A stretch of 64,000 bases of DNA from an uncultured Planctomycetota bacterium (GTDB taxonomy: Bacteria; Planctomycetota; Planctomycetia; Isosphaerales; Isosphaeraceae), in assembly GCA_963845755.1 (NCBI GenBank), contig CAWJTV010000027.1, forward strand, positions 192,001 to 256,000. The letters are read 5' to 3'. A program made the position numbers and the translations under genes. This document shows positions 54,364 to 64,000 of the stretch, piece after piece. The first letter of the stretch is position 1; each line of letters opens with the position of its first letter. The notes beneath the pieces are model-generated. The model saw nothing but the letters and a program-made list of their open reading frames with translations. It searched no databases and was not told the DNA's origin.

Positions 54364-55452
54364 ATGTCTCGAATCGCTCGAACCGGCCTGTTGACCGTGA
54401 TTGTCCTGGGCATGACGGCCGTGGGCAAGGGGCAAGATCCGACCGTGCCGCAGGGTGCGGCGCCTTCCGGCCCGGGTGCCGTCGGCGGCGTCCCGGTCGA
54501 CCCCCGTACGAATGACGTGCTGGCCACCGTGACCAGTCGCAACCGAACCACCAAGATCACCCGGGGAGAGCTCGTGGGCCTCTTGAGGAATTTCTCCCTG
54601 CCGGCCGGTGAGGAGCCGGAGGCCATCTATCGTCAGGCCATGGACATGATGGCCAACGACGCGATGCTGAACCACTTCCTGGCGAGCCAGAACGTCCCCG
54701 TACCCTCGGCCAAGCTCGAAGAGCAGCTCGATCTGTTCAAGGAGCAACTCAAGAAGCAGGGACAGGATCTGCCCACCTTCCTCAACGCAACCGGCACCTC
54801 GCTGGAAGAACTCCGCAAGAAGACCGAGGACCGCATGCGATGGAAGGAGTATGCCAACGTGAGGGGGACCGACGCCGAGCTCCGGAAATACTTGAACGGC
54901 AATCGCGACCGGTTCAGCGGGACGCTCGTCCGTGCCAGCCACATCCTTCTCAGGGTGGATCCCAAGGCCGGCGAGGCCGAGAAGGAAAAGATCCGGCAGA
55001 GGCTGGCCGGCATCCGGAATGACATCCTTCAGAGCAAGTTGACGTTCGCCGAGGCCGCGAACAAGTATTCGGTCGATCCGCACAACGAGGGCGGCGCGGG
55101 GGGCGAGCTCGATTGGTTCCCGATCGAAGGCACGGTCGTCGAGGAATTCGCCGTGCCGGCGTTCAAGCTCAAGAAGGGCGAGATCTCCCAACCCGTCGAG
55201 ACACCCTACGGCCTCCACCTGATCCAGGTCACCGACCGCAAGGAAGGCAAGCTGCCCGACTTCGAGCAGTACAAGGTCTACATCCGGAATGCCTTCGATG
55301 CCGAGCTCCAGAAGAACCTGGTGACCGCGGAACGCAAGGAGGCCAAGATCGACGTCAAGCCGATGCCGAAGGACCTGTTCGGTCCGCCTCAGTCTCAGCC
55401 CGCCGTGCCCGCCGTGCCCGCCGCCGCCGGGACGGGCACGCCGAAGTCCTGA
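54364..55452 (+). CDS. Parvulin (PpiC-type) peptidyl-prolyl isomerase, SurA/PrsA-like
   Basis: Signal peptide, then VRASHILL, FAEAANKYS, GGELDWF and ISQPVETPYGLHLIQV. Confidence 0.9.
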   Translation: MSRIARTGLLTVIVLGMTAVGKGQDPTVPQGAAPSGPGAVGGVPVDPRTNDVLATVTSRNRTTKITRGELVGLLRNFSLPAGEEPEAIYRQAMDMMANDAMLNHFLASQNVPVPSAKLEEQLDLFKEQLKKQGQDLPTFLNATGTSLEELRKKTEDRMRWKEYANVRGTDAELRKYLNGNRDRFSGTLVRASHILLRVDPKAGEAEKEKIRQRLAGIRNDILQSKLTFAEAANKYSVDPHNEGGAGGELDWFPIEGTVVEEFAVPAFKLKKGEISQPVETPYGLHLIQVTDRKEGKLPDFEQYKVYIRNAFDAELQKNLVTAERKEAKIDVKPMPKDLFGPPQSQPAVPAVPAAAGTGTPKS

Positions 55453-55490
55453 AACGAAACGGGTGAGCCCCAGAAACCCCACCTGGAGAC

Positions 55491-55558
55491 CTGGTAGGGT
55501 GCGCCGAGAGCACCGGGGGCGGGGCTTGCGCTTCGGTGCTCACGGCGCACCCTACCAG
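55491..55558. repeat. REP doublet (REPIN-like) closely related to the RAYT-flanking REP
   Basis: GTAGGGTGCGCCGAGAGCACC (55494-514) and inverse GGTGCTCACGGCGCACCCTAC (55535-55), between convergent genes. Confidence 0.85.
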
Positions 55559-55586
55559 CCGCCTGCGCGGCTCCTCGTACACCCTC

Positions 55587-57182
55587 TCAGTTGACCCTGC
55601 CCGCGGCGGACGTCGCGAGGTCGTCGACCGGCCGGGCCGGCTTGCCCGCCCCCAGCACGCTGTGATTGGCACCGTAGAGGAAATAGATCACCAGTCCGAT
55701 GACCATCCAGACTACCAGTCGAATCCAGGTGTCCCGCGGTAGCGTGACCATCAGGATGAAGGCCGTGATGACTCCCATCGGCGCCGTGAACCAGATGGCC
55801 GGGGCCTTGAATGGACGCTCGACGTCCGGCTGGGTGATCCGCAGGTAGAGGACGCCGCCCGAGACGACCGCGAAGGCGAAGAGCGTCCCGATCGAGGTCA
55901 GCTCGCCCGCGACGCTCAGCGGCACCAGGCCCGCCGCCGTCATCACGATCAGGCCGGTGATGATCGTGGTGATGTACGGCGTGCGGAACCGAGGATGAAT
56001 CTTCGCGACGATCGGCGGCAGGAGGCCGTCCTTCGACATCGCGTAGAAGATCCGCGGCTGGCTCATCAGCATGACCAGGATGACCGAGCTGAGCCCCGCG
56101 ATGGCGCCGATCTTGACGTAGAACGAGAGCCAGGGCTTCTGCATGGCGTCGGTGGCCACGGCGACCGGGTCGGGGACGTGCAGTTGCTTGTAGTTCACCA
56201 CGCCGGTCAGCACCAGCGCACCGACGCAGTACAGGATCGTGCAGATGATCAGCGAGCCGATGATCCCGATCGGCATGTCGCGCTGGGGATTCTTGGCCTC
56301 CTGGGCGGTCGTCGAGACGGCGTCGAAGCCGATGTAGGCGAAGAAGACGACGCCGGCGGCACGGAAGATCCCGCTCCAGCCGTAATGGAACCACTCTTCC
56401 GAAGGCGGGATGAAGGGGCCGCCCCAGTTCGCCGAGTTGATCATGGGGAGCCCGAGTGCGATCAGCAGGACGAGGATCGAGACCTTGATGAAGACGATGA
56501 CATTGTTGACCCGCGCCGACTCGCTCACGCCGAAGACCAGCAGCGCCGTGACGAGCGCGACGATGACCATGGCCGGCATGTTGATGATGGCCGTGACCTG
56601 GGGATAGCTCGAGAAATCGAAGCCCGCTTCCAGGAGCCGCTCCTTGACCGAATCCAGCATCGACCAGCCGTGTCGCAGGTGGAGTTGCGCGGCGATCTCG
56701 TCGGGGACCTGGACCATGACCGTGCCGGGCGAGGCGAGGAACCGTGCGGGCAGGTCGATCCCGCGATCGTGCAGGAAGCTGGCGACGTAGCCCGACCAGT
56801 TGATCGCGACCGTCGTGGCGCCGACCATGTATTCGAGGATCAGATCCCAGCCGATCAGCCAGGCGATGAACTCGCCCATGGTCGCGTACGCGTAGGTGTA
56901 GGCCGAGCCGGCGACCGGGACCGTCGAGGCCATCTCGGCGTAACACAGGCCGGCGAACGCGCAGACGATCCCGCCGAGGATGAACGAGATCGAGATGGCC
57001 GGCCCGGCGAACTTCGCCGAGGCCTCTCCGGTCAGCCCGAAAAAGCCGGCGCCAATGACGGCGCCGATCCCGAGCATGATCAAGTTCGTGCCGGTAAGTG
57101 TCCGCTGCAGAGTGTGCTCGTTACTCTCGGCCGCCTCGGCCTTGAGCGCGGCTATCGACTTTCGTGCCCACAGATTTGCCAT
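55587..57182 (-). CDS. APC-family amino acid permease
   Basis: [34 protein letters not shown] and many TM helices. Confidence 0.95.
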   Translation of the reverse strand: MANLWARKSIAALKAEAAESNEHTLQRTLTGTNLIMLGIGAVIGAGFFGLTGEASAKFAGPAISISFILGGIVCAFAGLCYAEMASTVPVAGSAYTYAYATMGEFIAWLIGWDLILEYMVGATTVAINWSGYVASFLHDRGIDLPARFLASPGTVMVQVPDEIAAQLHLRHGWSMLDSVKERLLEAGFDFSSYPQVTAIINMPAMVIVALVTALLVFGVSESARVNNVIVFIKVSILVLLIALGLPMINSANWGGPFIPPSEEWFHYGWSGIFRAAGVVFFAYIGFDAVSTTAQEAKNPQRDMPIGIIGSLIICTILYCVGALVLTGVVNYKQLHVPDPVAVATDAMQKPWLSFYVKIGAIAGLSSVILVMLMSQPRIFYAMSKDGLLPPIVAKIHPRFRTPYITTIITGLIVMTAAGLVPLSVAGELTSIGTLFAFAVVSGGVLYLRITQPDVERPFKAPAIWFTAPMGVITAFILMVTLPRDTWIRLVVWMVIGLVIYFLYGANHSVLGAGKPARPVDDLATSAAGRVN

Positions 57183-57341
57183 GATCTACCCTTACTCCGA
57201 TCAAGCCAGTGACATGGACCCCTGCGTCGTTCCCCGGTCCAATCCCCGAGCCTCGTCGCTCCTCCGGACACCCGCGGCCCTGGGGCGGTCCTGTCGGACG
57301 CGGCGCCCCAGGGGCCGATGTTCCCTCACGCGCACCCGCGA

Positions 57342-57953
57342 TCAGTTCCCCTTCGCATCGAGCTCCATGACCTCGATCTTCCGGATGGCGACATGGCACG
57401 TGGGGTCGTGGTGCTGGAAGGCGAAGTGGCCTTCCGTGAAACTGTTCTTCGGGTCCACGTAATCGACCGTGGTCTTGCCGTTGACCTTGATGACGATGTG
57501 ATCGCCGACCACCTCGACCTCCTGGGTGAACCAGGTATCGGGGGGCACCAGGATTTCCTTGACCGGCTTGTGATTGTAGAGCGAGCCGGTCTTGACGGGG
57601 TCCCCGTGGGTGCTGTTGATCTGGGCCTCGTACCCGTGCGGGAAGCCCCGCTCCTTCTTGGTCCGGAAGTACATCCCGGAATTGCCCTTGTCGTTGATCT
57701 TGATCTCGGCGCGGTAGCGGAAATTCTTGTAGTCTCCGCGCGGGCTGAACAGGTGCGAGGCCCTCCCCGAACAAGTCAGAGCCCCGTCCTCGACCTTCCA
57801 CCCGCCCGGGGTGCCATCGACGGTCGTCCAGCCGCTCAGGGTCTTGCCGTCGAAGAGTGAAACCCATTCGCCGGCCAGGGCCGAAGTCGTCGCCAGACCG
57901 TTCAACGCCATCCCCAGAATGCCCCAGGAGACGAGTGTGCGCAGGCGATCCAT
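57342..57953 (-). CDS. DUF1080 (3-keto-disaccharide hydrolase-like) secreted protein
   Basis: WVSLFDGKTLSGW, NSGMYFR, GYEAQI, TGSLY and GHFAFQHH. Confidence 0.9.
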   Translation of the reverse strand: MDRLRTLVSWGILGMALNGLATTSALAGEWVSLFDGKTLSGWTTVDGTPGGWKVEDGALTCSGRASHLFSPRGDYKNFRYRAEIKINDKGNSGMYFRTKKERGFPHGYEAQINSTHGDPVKTGSLYNHKPVKEILVPPDTWFTQEVEVVGDHIVIKVNGKTTVDYVDPKNSFTEGHFAFQHHDPTCHVAIRKIEVMELDAKGN

Positions 57954-58202
57954 GGATCGTAGGTCCTTTTCTGTGGGAGGGCGAGGCTCCGTCCGAGCCG
58001 GTCGTCTCTCCCGGGGAAAACGTCGCTGTTAGTGCCGCGGAGATAGCGAGTTTAAGCGAAGCCAACCCGCATGGCCAGTGGTCAGTGCTCGGTGGAGACG
58101 CTGGATCGACCGGTTCCGCTGGAGTACATTGAGGTCCACAGACTTGTCGCGAATACCGAGTCCTGGCACCCGCAGGGTGTCCGGCCATTCGAGGGGACTG
58201 CC

Positions 58203-58925
58203 ATGACGACGCGCCCGGACGGGAAGCATGTCACGTTTCGCGTAATCGGAGTGGTTTGCCTGCTGGCGACCGGACTGCCGGCCTGCGCAGGGGCCCGATA
58301 CGGTGAACCCCCAACCACGCGAGGGGGCGCCCGCAGAACTGCACCAGCGGTTCCTCCAGCGCGCAAGAAGGGGGGCGTAGACTTGCTCTTCCTCGGCGAT
58401 TCGATCACGCAAGGGTGGAATGATAATGAAGTCTGGAAGCGGTTCTATGGGCCCCGGAACGCGGCCAATTTCGGCATCGGCGGCGATCGGACCCAGCACG
58501 TCCTCTGGCGGATCCAGAACGGTGAGCTCGACGGCATCGAGCCCAAGGTTGTCGTGCTCATGATCGGCACGAATAACGCCGATAATGCGACGACCGACGA
58601 GATCGCCCAGGGCGTCACGGCGATCGTCGAGGGGCTACGGCACCGATTGCCCAAGGCCCGGATACTGCTCCTGGGCATCTTCCCGCGCGGTGAGAAGCCC
58701 AACGAAACGCGGGAGAAGCTCGGCACCGTCAATGCGAAGATCGCCGGGCTCGACGACGGCCGCCACGTCAAGTACCTCGACATCGGCAAGGCGTTCCTGA
58801 ACGAGGACGGTACGATCTCCCGGGAGATCATGCCGGACTTCCTCCATCTGAGCCCCAAGGGCTACCGGATCTGGGCCGACGCCATGGAGCCGACGCTCTG
58901 GTCCATGCTCGACGAGCCGCACTGA
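58203..58925 (+). CDS. SGNH/GDSL hydrolase (PAF-acetylhydrolase Ib-like)
   Basis: FLGDSITQGW, GIGGDRTQH, MIGTNN and MPDFLHL. Confidence 0.9.
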   Translation: MTTRPDGKHVTFRVIGVVCLLATGLPACAGARYGEPPTTRGGARRTAPAVPPARKKGGVDLLFLGDSITQGWNDNEVWKRFYGPRNAANFGIGGDRTQHVLWRIQNGELDGIEPKVVVLMIGTNNADNATTDEIAQGVTAIVEGLRHRLPKARILLLGIFPRGEKPNETREKLGTVNAKIAGLDDGRHVKYLDIGKAFLNEDGTISREIMPDFLHLSPKGYRIWADAMEPTLWSMLDEPH

Positions 58926-58939
58926 AGAGGAGACATCCG

Positions 58940-59527
58940 ATGTCAGGAGATCGGAAGAAGCCCAGATTCCGGTATCGGATCAGGGACCTGATGATCCTCA
59001 ATGCGGTGATGGCCTTTTCCCTCGGCCTCGGGATGGCCATGAGCCAGCTCTTGAGCAAGAACACTCTCTTGGCTCGCGCGTTGACTACCAGCCTGATCGT
59101 CTTGCCGGCCACGATGTTGGTGATCGTCGGGCCGGTAGCCCTGGTCGAACTTTACTTGTACCGCAGGAAAAAGGGAACCTGGTATGGCCTTCAGAATCCG
59201 ACGAAACCTCGGCCGCAATACCAGAGGCCGACCGGGCTTCCGCCGGTTGACCCACGGATGCCGGTCCCGGCTTTTCTAGAGGACCACCCGTCTCCACCCA
59301 GGTCGCGAACGCGTCTCTTCGAGTCGAGTTCACCATCCGAGCCGGTTTCCCGGGCATCGCTCCTCCTCACGCTGGCCGGCCGGTTCGAGGATGCCGGGAG
59401 GATCGATGCCGCGGCGAAGGTTTACCACCAGATCCTCGATCGTTTCGCGGATGCGGCCGAGGCGCAAGACGCGGCTTGCCGGCTTCGTCGGCTCGGCGCG
59501 AAGAAAGAGCCGGCCCCGGATCGGTGA
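58940..59527 (+). CDS. Hypothetical membrane protein with C-terminal TPR-like helix pair
   Basis: RFRYRIRDLMIL, two TM helices, a Pro-rich linker and AAKVYHQILDRF. Confidence 0.65.
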   Translation: MSGDRKKPRFRYRIRDLMILNAVMAFSLGLGMAMSQLLSKNTLLARALTTSLIVLPATMLVIVGPVALVELYLYRRKKGTWYGLQNPTKPRPQYQRPTGLPPVDPRMPVPAFLEDHPSPPRSRTRLFESSSPSEPVSRASLLLTLAGRFEDAGRIDAAAKVYHQILDRFADAAEAQDAACRLRRLGAKKEPAPDR

Positions 59528-59582
59528 GCGAAGCTCAACCCACGAGAGGTTGACCCGACTGCCCAGATCGAAGGAGGGGACC

Positions 59583-59855
59583 ATGTTCCGGCATCGGATC
59601 AAGGACCTCATCATCCTGAACGCGGGTGTGGCGATCCTCTCCGCGTTCGTGATCGCCCTGAGCGGCTTCATTGGTCCGCCCTTGGCTGGCATCGTGGTCG
59701 CCGTGCCCATGTTGACGATGATCGTCATCGGGTCCCTGGTCTGGGTCGATGCCGACCTCCATCGCAAGAAGATGCGGGAGATTCTCCGACGTGGTGACGT
59801 CCGGCCGCTCGCCTGGCTCGAAGCGTACTTGAGCCGCAAGAAGCACGGGACCTGA
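59583..59855 (+). CDS. Small membrane protein, paralogous N-terminus to the previous gene
   Basis: MFRHRIKDLIILNA, two TM helices and a GGAGG RBS. Confidence 0.6.
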   Translation: MFRHRIKDLIILNAGVAILSAFVIALSGFIGPPLAGIVVAVPMLTMIVIGSLVWVDADLHRKKMREILRRGDVRPLAWLEAYLSRKKHGT

Positions 59856-60220
59856 TATCACCATCGGAATCCCAAGGAGCCTTCGTCTCATTCCACGACA
59901 GCCAATTCTGAGCTCGGGGTCCCTCACGTCCCCATGTCACTTTGATTTGTCCGTGCCCTGGGTTGCGAAGACTGGGCACCTTGGGAGAAAAATGCCGAAA
60001 GCCTTGGCGGGGTGATCCGTACGTCACACTGACGTGAAAGAAGCCTGGGTGCTTTGGGAGAAAAATTCCGAAAAGGCCGCGCTGGAAGGCGGGCTGTCTG
60101 CGCATACCAGTCTAGATGACGTTTCTGCGCAGGCCCTCGTGTGGGGTGGCAGGGATCGCTGTGCGCAGTTTGTGTTCCCTTGAATCCCGCGATCCACATC
60201 CACGCATGGGAGGCACCACG

Positions 60221-62411
60221 ATGAGACGATCGTTCCTGAATCACGGAAAGGCCACGGCCGGAGGACTGACGCGGGTCCTGCCGCTCATGCTCTTATCCGG
60301 CTTCATCTTGAACTGTCCTGGCGCGGTCCGGGGCCAGACCTGGAACGGCAGCGCATCCGCTTTCTGGAGCAATTCGAACAACTGGTCACCCAATACCGTC
60401 CCGAACGGGAGCACGGCAAACGTCTCCATCACGACGGCCACGAGTAGCTCCGTTGTGCTCGATTTCAACGCGACGATCGGCAACTTGACGATCAGTGCCC
60501 CCAACTCGTTGTACATGGCTGGAGTCGACTTGTACGTCGCGGGCACGTCGGTTGCCAACGCCGGCCAGATCAACGTCGGCGTGAGTGGTGAGGCGGCCAC
60601 CCTCTACGCAGACAACGCGGCCACCCTCTCGGTCACGGGGATCGGCGCGATCACGCTCGGCAACGCGAATTCCTATCTCGAGGGCTACAACGGCACGAAT
60701 AACATCGTGTTGAACCAGAGCACCATCAATGGCCAAGGCTACATCTACAACGTTAGCCTGAGCAATCTGGGGACCGTCAACGCCAATGTCGCTGGTGGGA
60801 CGCTCTGGATTTACGATGCGTCCGTCGTGAACGGCGGGACGCTCCAGGCCACCGGCGGCGGCACCCTCGAGATCTACAACACGTCGGTCATGAGCCAGGG
60901 AGGCACGATCTCGACCGACAGCAACTCCTCGGTGATCATCAGCGACTCCGCGCTCAACGGCAGCACCCTGACCAGCAGCGGCGGCGCGATGATCCACGGG
61001 ATCGACGGTACCTCACTCTCCGGAGTGACGGTCACGAGCGGGTCGACCTACTCGATCGATGCGAACAACTCCAACTATCTGGGCGGCACCCTGACCAACA
61101 ATGGGACGGTCTTGATCGGAGGCAAGGGAGGCGGCAGCACCCTGTACGCCGACGCCAATACGGTGACCCTCTCCGGCACCGGCGCGGTGACGCTCAACAA
61201 CGCCAACTCGTATATCGAGGGCTCCCGCATTTTCAACGACACCCTGGTGAATCAAAGCACCATCAACGGCCAGGGGTACATCTATAGTCTCACCTTGAAC
61301 AATCAGGGGACGATCGACGCCAACGTTCCGGGCGGGACGCTCTCCATCTATATCGCCCCCACGACCAACGACGGCATCTTGAGGGCCGACGCCGGCGCGA
61401 CCCTCAGTCTCGTCAATTCGACGCTGACGAACTTCGACAGCACCGGATCCGCCGCCGGGACGTTAACTGGCGGGACCTACGAGATCTTCAGCGGCACCAT
61501 GAACTTCTATAATGGAGGCTTCCTGAACAATATCGTGACGAATGCCGCGACCATCCTGCTGGACGGCTCGGCGGGGGCGCCGACGTTCGTCGACCAGAAC
61601 GGGAATAACGCGCTGGGGAACCTCTCGACCAACTCGGCGACCGGCAGCCTCACCATCCAGAATGGGGTGAGCCTCACGACGTTGCCGGTCGCCACCGGGT
61701 TCAGCAACTACGGGGCGATGACGATCGGCGCCCACAGCACGTTCACGGTCGGCGGGTCGAACGACTACGTTCAGTACAGCGGCACCACCACGCTGGGAGT
61801 CGCCGAGCAGCGTCCTCGCCGTCTCCGGCGGTGAGTCGGTCATCCTCCACGGCGGAACGCTCCAGGGCTTTGGGACGATCCACGGCAACCTCTCCAATTC
61901 CGGCGGCGTTATCCTGCCGGGCGAGATGGGAACGGCCGGGATGCTCACCGTCACCGGCAACTACTCGGAGGACTCGGGCTCATCTGTGCCGCATCTTTCC
62001 ATTCAGATCGGCGGCCCGGACGCGCTGCACGGACTGGCGCAGTTGGACGTGGGTGGCACGGCTGCTCTGAACAATGGGTTGCTCGATCTCAGCCTGATCG
62101 GCGGCTTCAAGCCCTATAACGGCGAGCTCTTCGAGATCTTGACTTCGAGCGGCTTGAGCGGCATGTTCCGCGACAACACGATTGAACTCGGCAATGTCAC
62201 CTTCACGGTGGAGTACAGCCCGACCGGATACGCGAACGACGTGATCCTCGTGGCTCAGTTGAGCAGCGTTCCCGAGCCGTCCTCCTGGCTGCTGCTCGGG
62301 CTCGGTATGGCCGGCGCCGGGGCTCTTGCCGTCCGCCGATCCGGGAAAGTCTCCGTGCGATCGGGCGCCGTATCGTCTCGTTCACAACCCAGCATCCTGC
62401 ACGGGGACTGA
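60221..62411 (+). CDS. Large beta-helix/adhesin-like PEP-CTERM protein, frameshift near 61805
   Basis: Signal peptide, WS..NNW, duplicated NQSTINGQGYIY units and C-terminal VPEPSSWLLLGLG..RR. Confidence 0.85.
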
Positions 62412-62420
62412 ATCATGTGC

Positions 62421-62950
62421 ATGCGTCACAGGGGAATCGTCCTGTTCTTCGCGCTGCGCATTGACGGCGGTTCGCGCCCACGCCGGGCCGACCTCACTCA
62501 ACTACAACTTCATCGAGGGGAGTGACGGGCCCAATCCCGGCACCGTCGGCGCGATCGTCACGATCAGCGCACCCCCCTGCCGTCCCGAACGCGGGCTGGT
62601 CCAGTCCCGTTGCCGACAACTCGGTGATCCAGGCCTTCGAGATCGTCAACAGCGGCATCGGAACCCCCGCGACATACCTCGCGCAGGTCCTCTTCAACGT
62701 GAGCTCGAGCGATGGTCGGATCCTCGACGGAGGAGCCCTGACGGTCGTCGACTCCGGCGAGAACCCGGTTTATGCCGTGATTCTGTCACCCACGCCCGGG
62801 GCGACCTTCGTCAGAAACCTCGAGACGATCGGTACCTATCACGGTGAATTTGTCCTCGCGAACGCCGTCCCGGAGCCATCGACGCTGCTCTTGGCTGGCA
62901 CTGCCGCCGCAGTCGGGCTCGCACTTTGGGCCCATCGCCGGCGGGGGTGA
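62421..62950 (+). CDS. Small PEP-CTERM protein (frameshifted)
   Basis: Signal peptide ..RAHA and C-terminal VPEPSTLLLAG..HRRRG. Confidence 0.75.
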
Positions 62951-62962
62951 CAGAGCGCCGCT

Positions 62963-64000
62963 CTACTTCCCTGGTCGATCCGCGCCGTCCCGGCGCGACC
63001 CGAGGATCAGCGCCTCGGCCTCGCGGCGGAGGACCTCATATTCGACCCGGTCTGGCCAGGAGATCGGGCGGTCATCGGCCTCCTGGCTGCTGGTCGGCCG
63101 CGTCGCCTCGTCGAAAGTTCGCTCCGCCTCGGCGGCGCGGCCGAGCCGATGCTGGGCCATCGCCAGGAACAACCGGTCCCGGATCGCCCTCCCGCCCTGT
63201 TTCGCCGCGACCGATTCTTCCAGGCGCGCCAGAGCCTCCGCGGCCCGTCCCGCCCGGTAGAGGATCGCCCCCAGTGTGCAGAGGAAATCGGGTCGTTGGG
63301 ATGGCGCAACGCCCCACCGCGAGCCCGGCGAGGTCGACCGCCGGCTGGAGGTCATCCGTCGAACTCCGCCCCCAGCGCGCAAGTCCTGGCGATGAACTCC
63401 GCTTCCTCGGGGGTTTCGACCTTGGAGTGGCGTTCCATCATGGCACGGCACAGCGAACGATAGCTGGCCCGGTCCCCCAATTCCAGGTCGACCAGGGCGC
63501 CTCGGACCCAGGCCGGGAGGGGGACCGGGCCGCGCCGCCTCGCTTCCGTATACAGCGCCGCCGCCTGGGTCCAGCGCCCCAGCGCCGCGTGCTCGTCCGC
63601 GAGGGCGATCAGGGTCTCTCCCTCCGCCCCGAGCTCGGCGGCCCTGGTCAGATCGGCGAGATGATCCTCCGGCCGGCCGAGTCGGCCGAACACGCGGGCC
63701 CGGATCGCGTACAGCTCCCCGTTCGTCGGCTCCGCGGCCAGGCAACGGTCGAGATACCACAGCGCCGATGGCCACTGCGCCGTCCGCTCGCAATCCGCGA
63801 CGCGGTGGCGATACCAGTTGACCATGACGGCGCGGGAGCTGAGCGCCTCGGCGCGGCGATAATCGGCGTCCGCCGCGTCGAACAGGCCGGCGGTCGAGCA
63901 GGCGCGGGCCCGGCGTGCGTGGAGCGACCATCGGACGGACACGCCGTCGTCGTCCTCCACCATCCCTCGGCGATCGATCAGGCGATCCAGGTGCCACCGC
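62963..64000 (-). CDS. TPR-rich C-terminus of a large protein, probably a Ser/Thr kinase sensor (partial, frameshifted)
   Basis: ALWYLDR, TLGAILYRAGR, DRLFLAMAQHRLG and EVLRREAEALI motifs, typical of planctomycete kinase tails. Confidence 0.7.
   Translation of the reverse strand, partial: AVAPGSPDRSPRDGGGRRRRVRPMVAPRTPGPRLLDRRPVRRGGRRLSPRRGAQLPRRHGQLVSPPRRGLRADGAVAIGAVVSRPLPGRGADERGAVRDPGPRVRPTRPAGGSSRRSDQGRRARGGGRDPDRPRGRARGAGALDPGGGAVYGSEAARPGPPPGLGPRRPGRPGIGGPGQLSFAVPCHDGTPLQGRNPRGSGVHRQDLRAGGGVRRMTSSRRSTSPGSRWGVAPSQRPDFLCTLGAILYRAGRAAEALARLEESVAAKQGGRAIRDRLFLAMAQHRLGRAAEAERTFDEATRPTSSQEADDRPISWPDRVEYEVLRREAEALILGSRRDGADRPGK

Noticed and set aside
1..64000. Mass pseudogenisation or programmed frameshifting in the many split genes
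   Set aside because: Small indels hit unrelated genes, often in GC runs, with little other decay and with compensating pairs (for example near 58290-58365). Sequencing or assembly error is the simpler explanation, and read polishing is needed.

Overview
GC-rich bacterial DNA with strong Planctomycetota hallmarks, probably Isosphaeraceae-like. These include DUF1501, DUF1549/DUF1553 cytochrome, DUF1559, LExR-type extracellular proteins, PEP-CTERM proteins and ECF sigma/Ser-Thr kinase pairs. Many genes, including ordinary ones, carry 1-2 nt frameshifts, which most likely reflects an indel-prone long-read assembly, so most split genes should not be read as true pseudogenes. Housekeeping genes (mutY, DegT aminotransferase, cbiX, dapF, parvulin PPIase, amino acid permease) flank a large accessory region. 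That region holds an arsR-arsM-arsC-like operon, a defence-island-like block (VapBC, TIR-NB-ARC-WD40, TIR relic, IS elements), several ECF/kinase/PEP-CTERM modules and a YefM-YoeB pair. Three structures stand out. (1) A REP-associated tyrosine transposase (RAYT) lies between two inverted tandem REP arrays, and the whole cassette is flanked by an exact 18-bp direct repeat inside a two-gene operon, which looks like a recent RAYT insertion. (2) A vapC gene is split by a REP-bearing MITE, which is itself split by an IS4 element. (3) Two ~1.9-kb cassettes for secreted proteins are each bounded by a ~135-bp duplication of a neighbouring gene end, with no integrase nearby. No rRNA, tRNA or CRISPR array was recognised.
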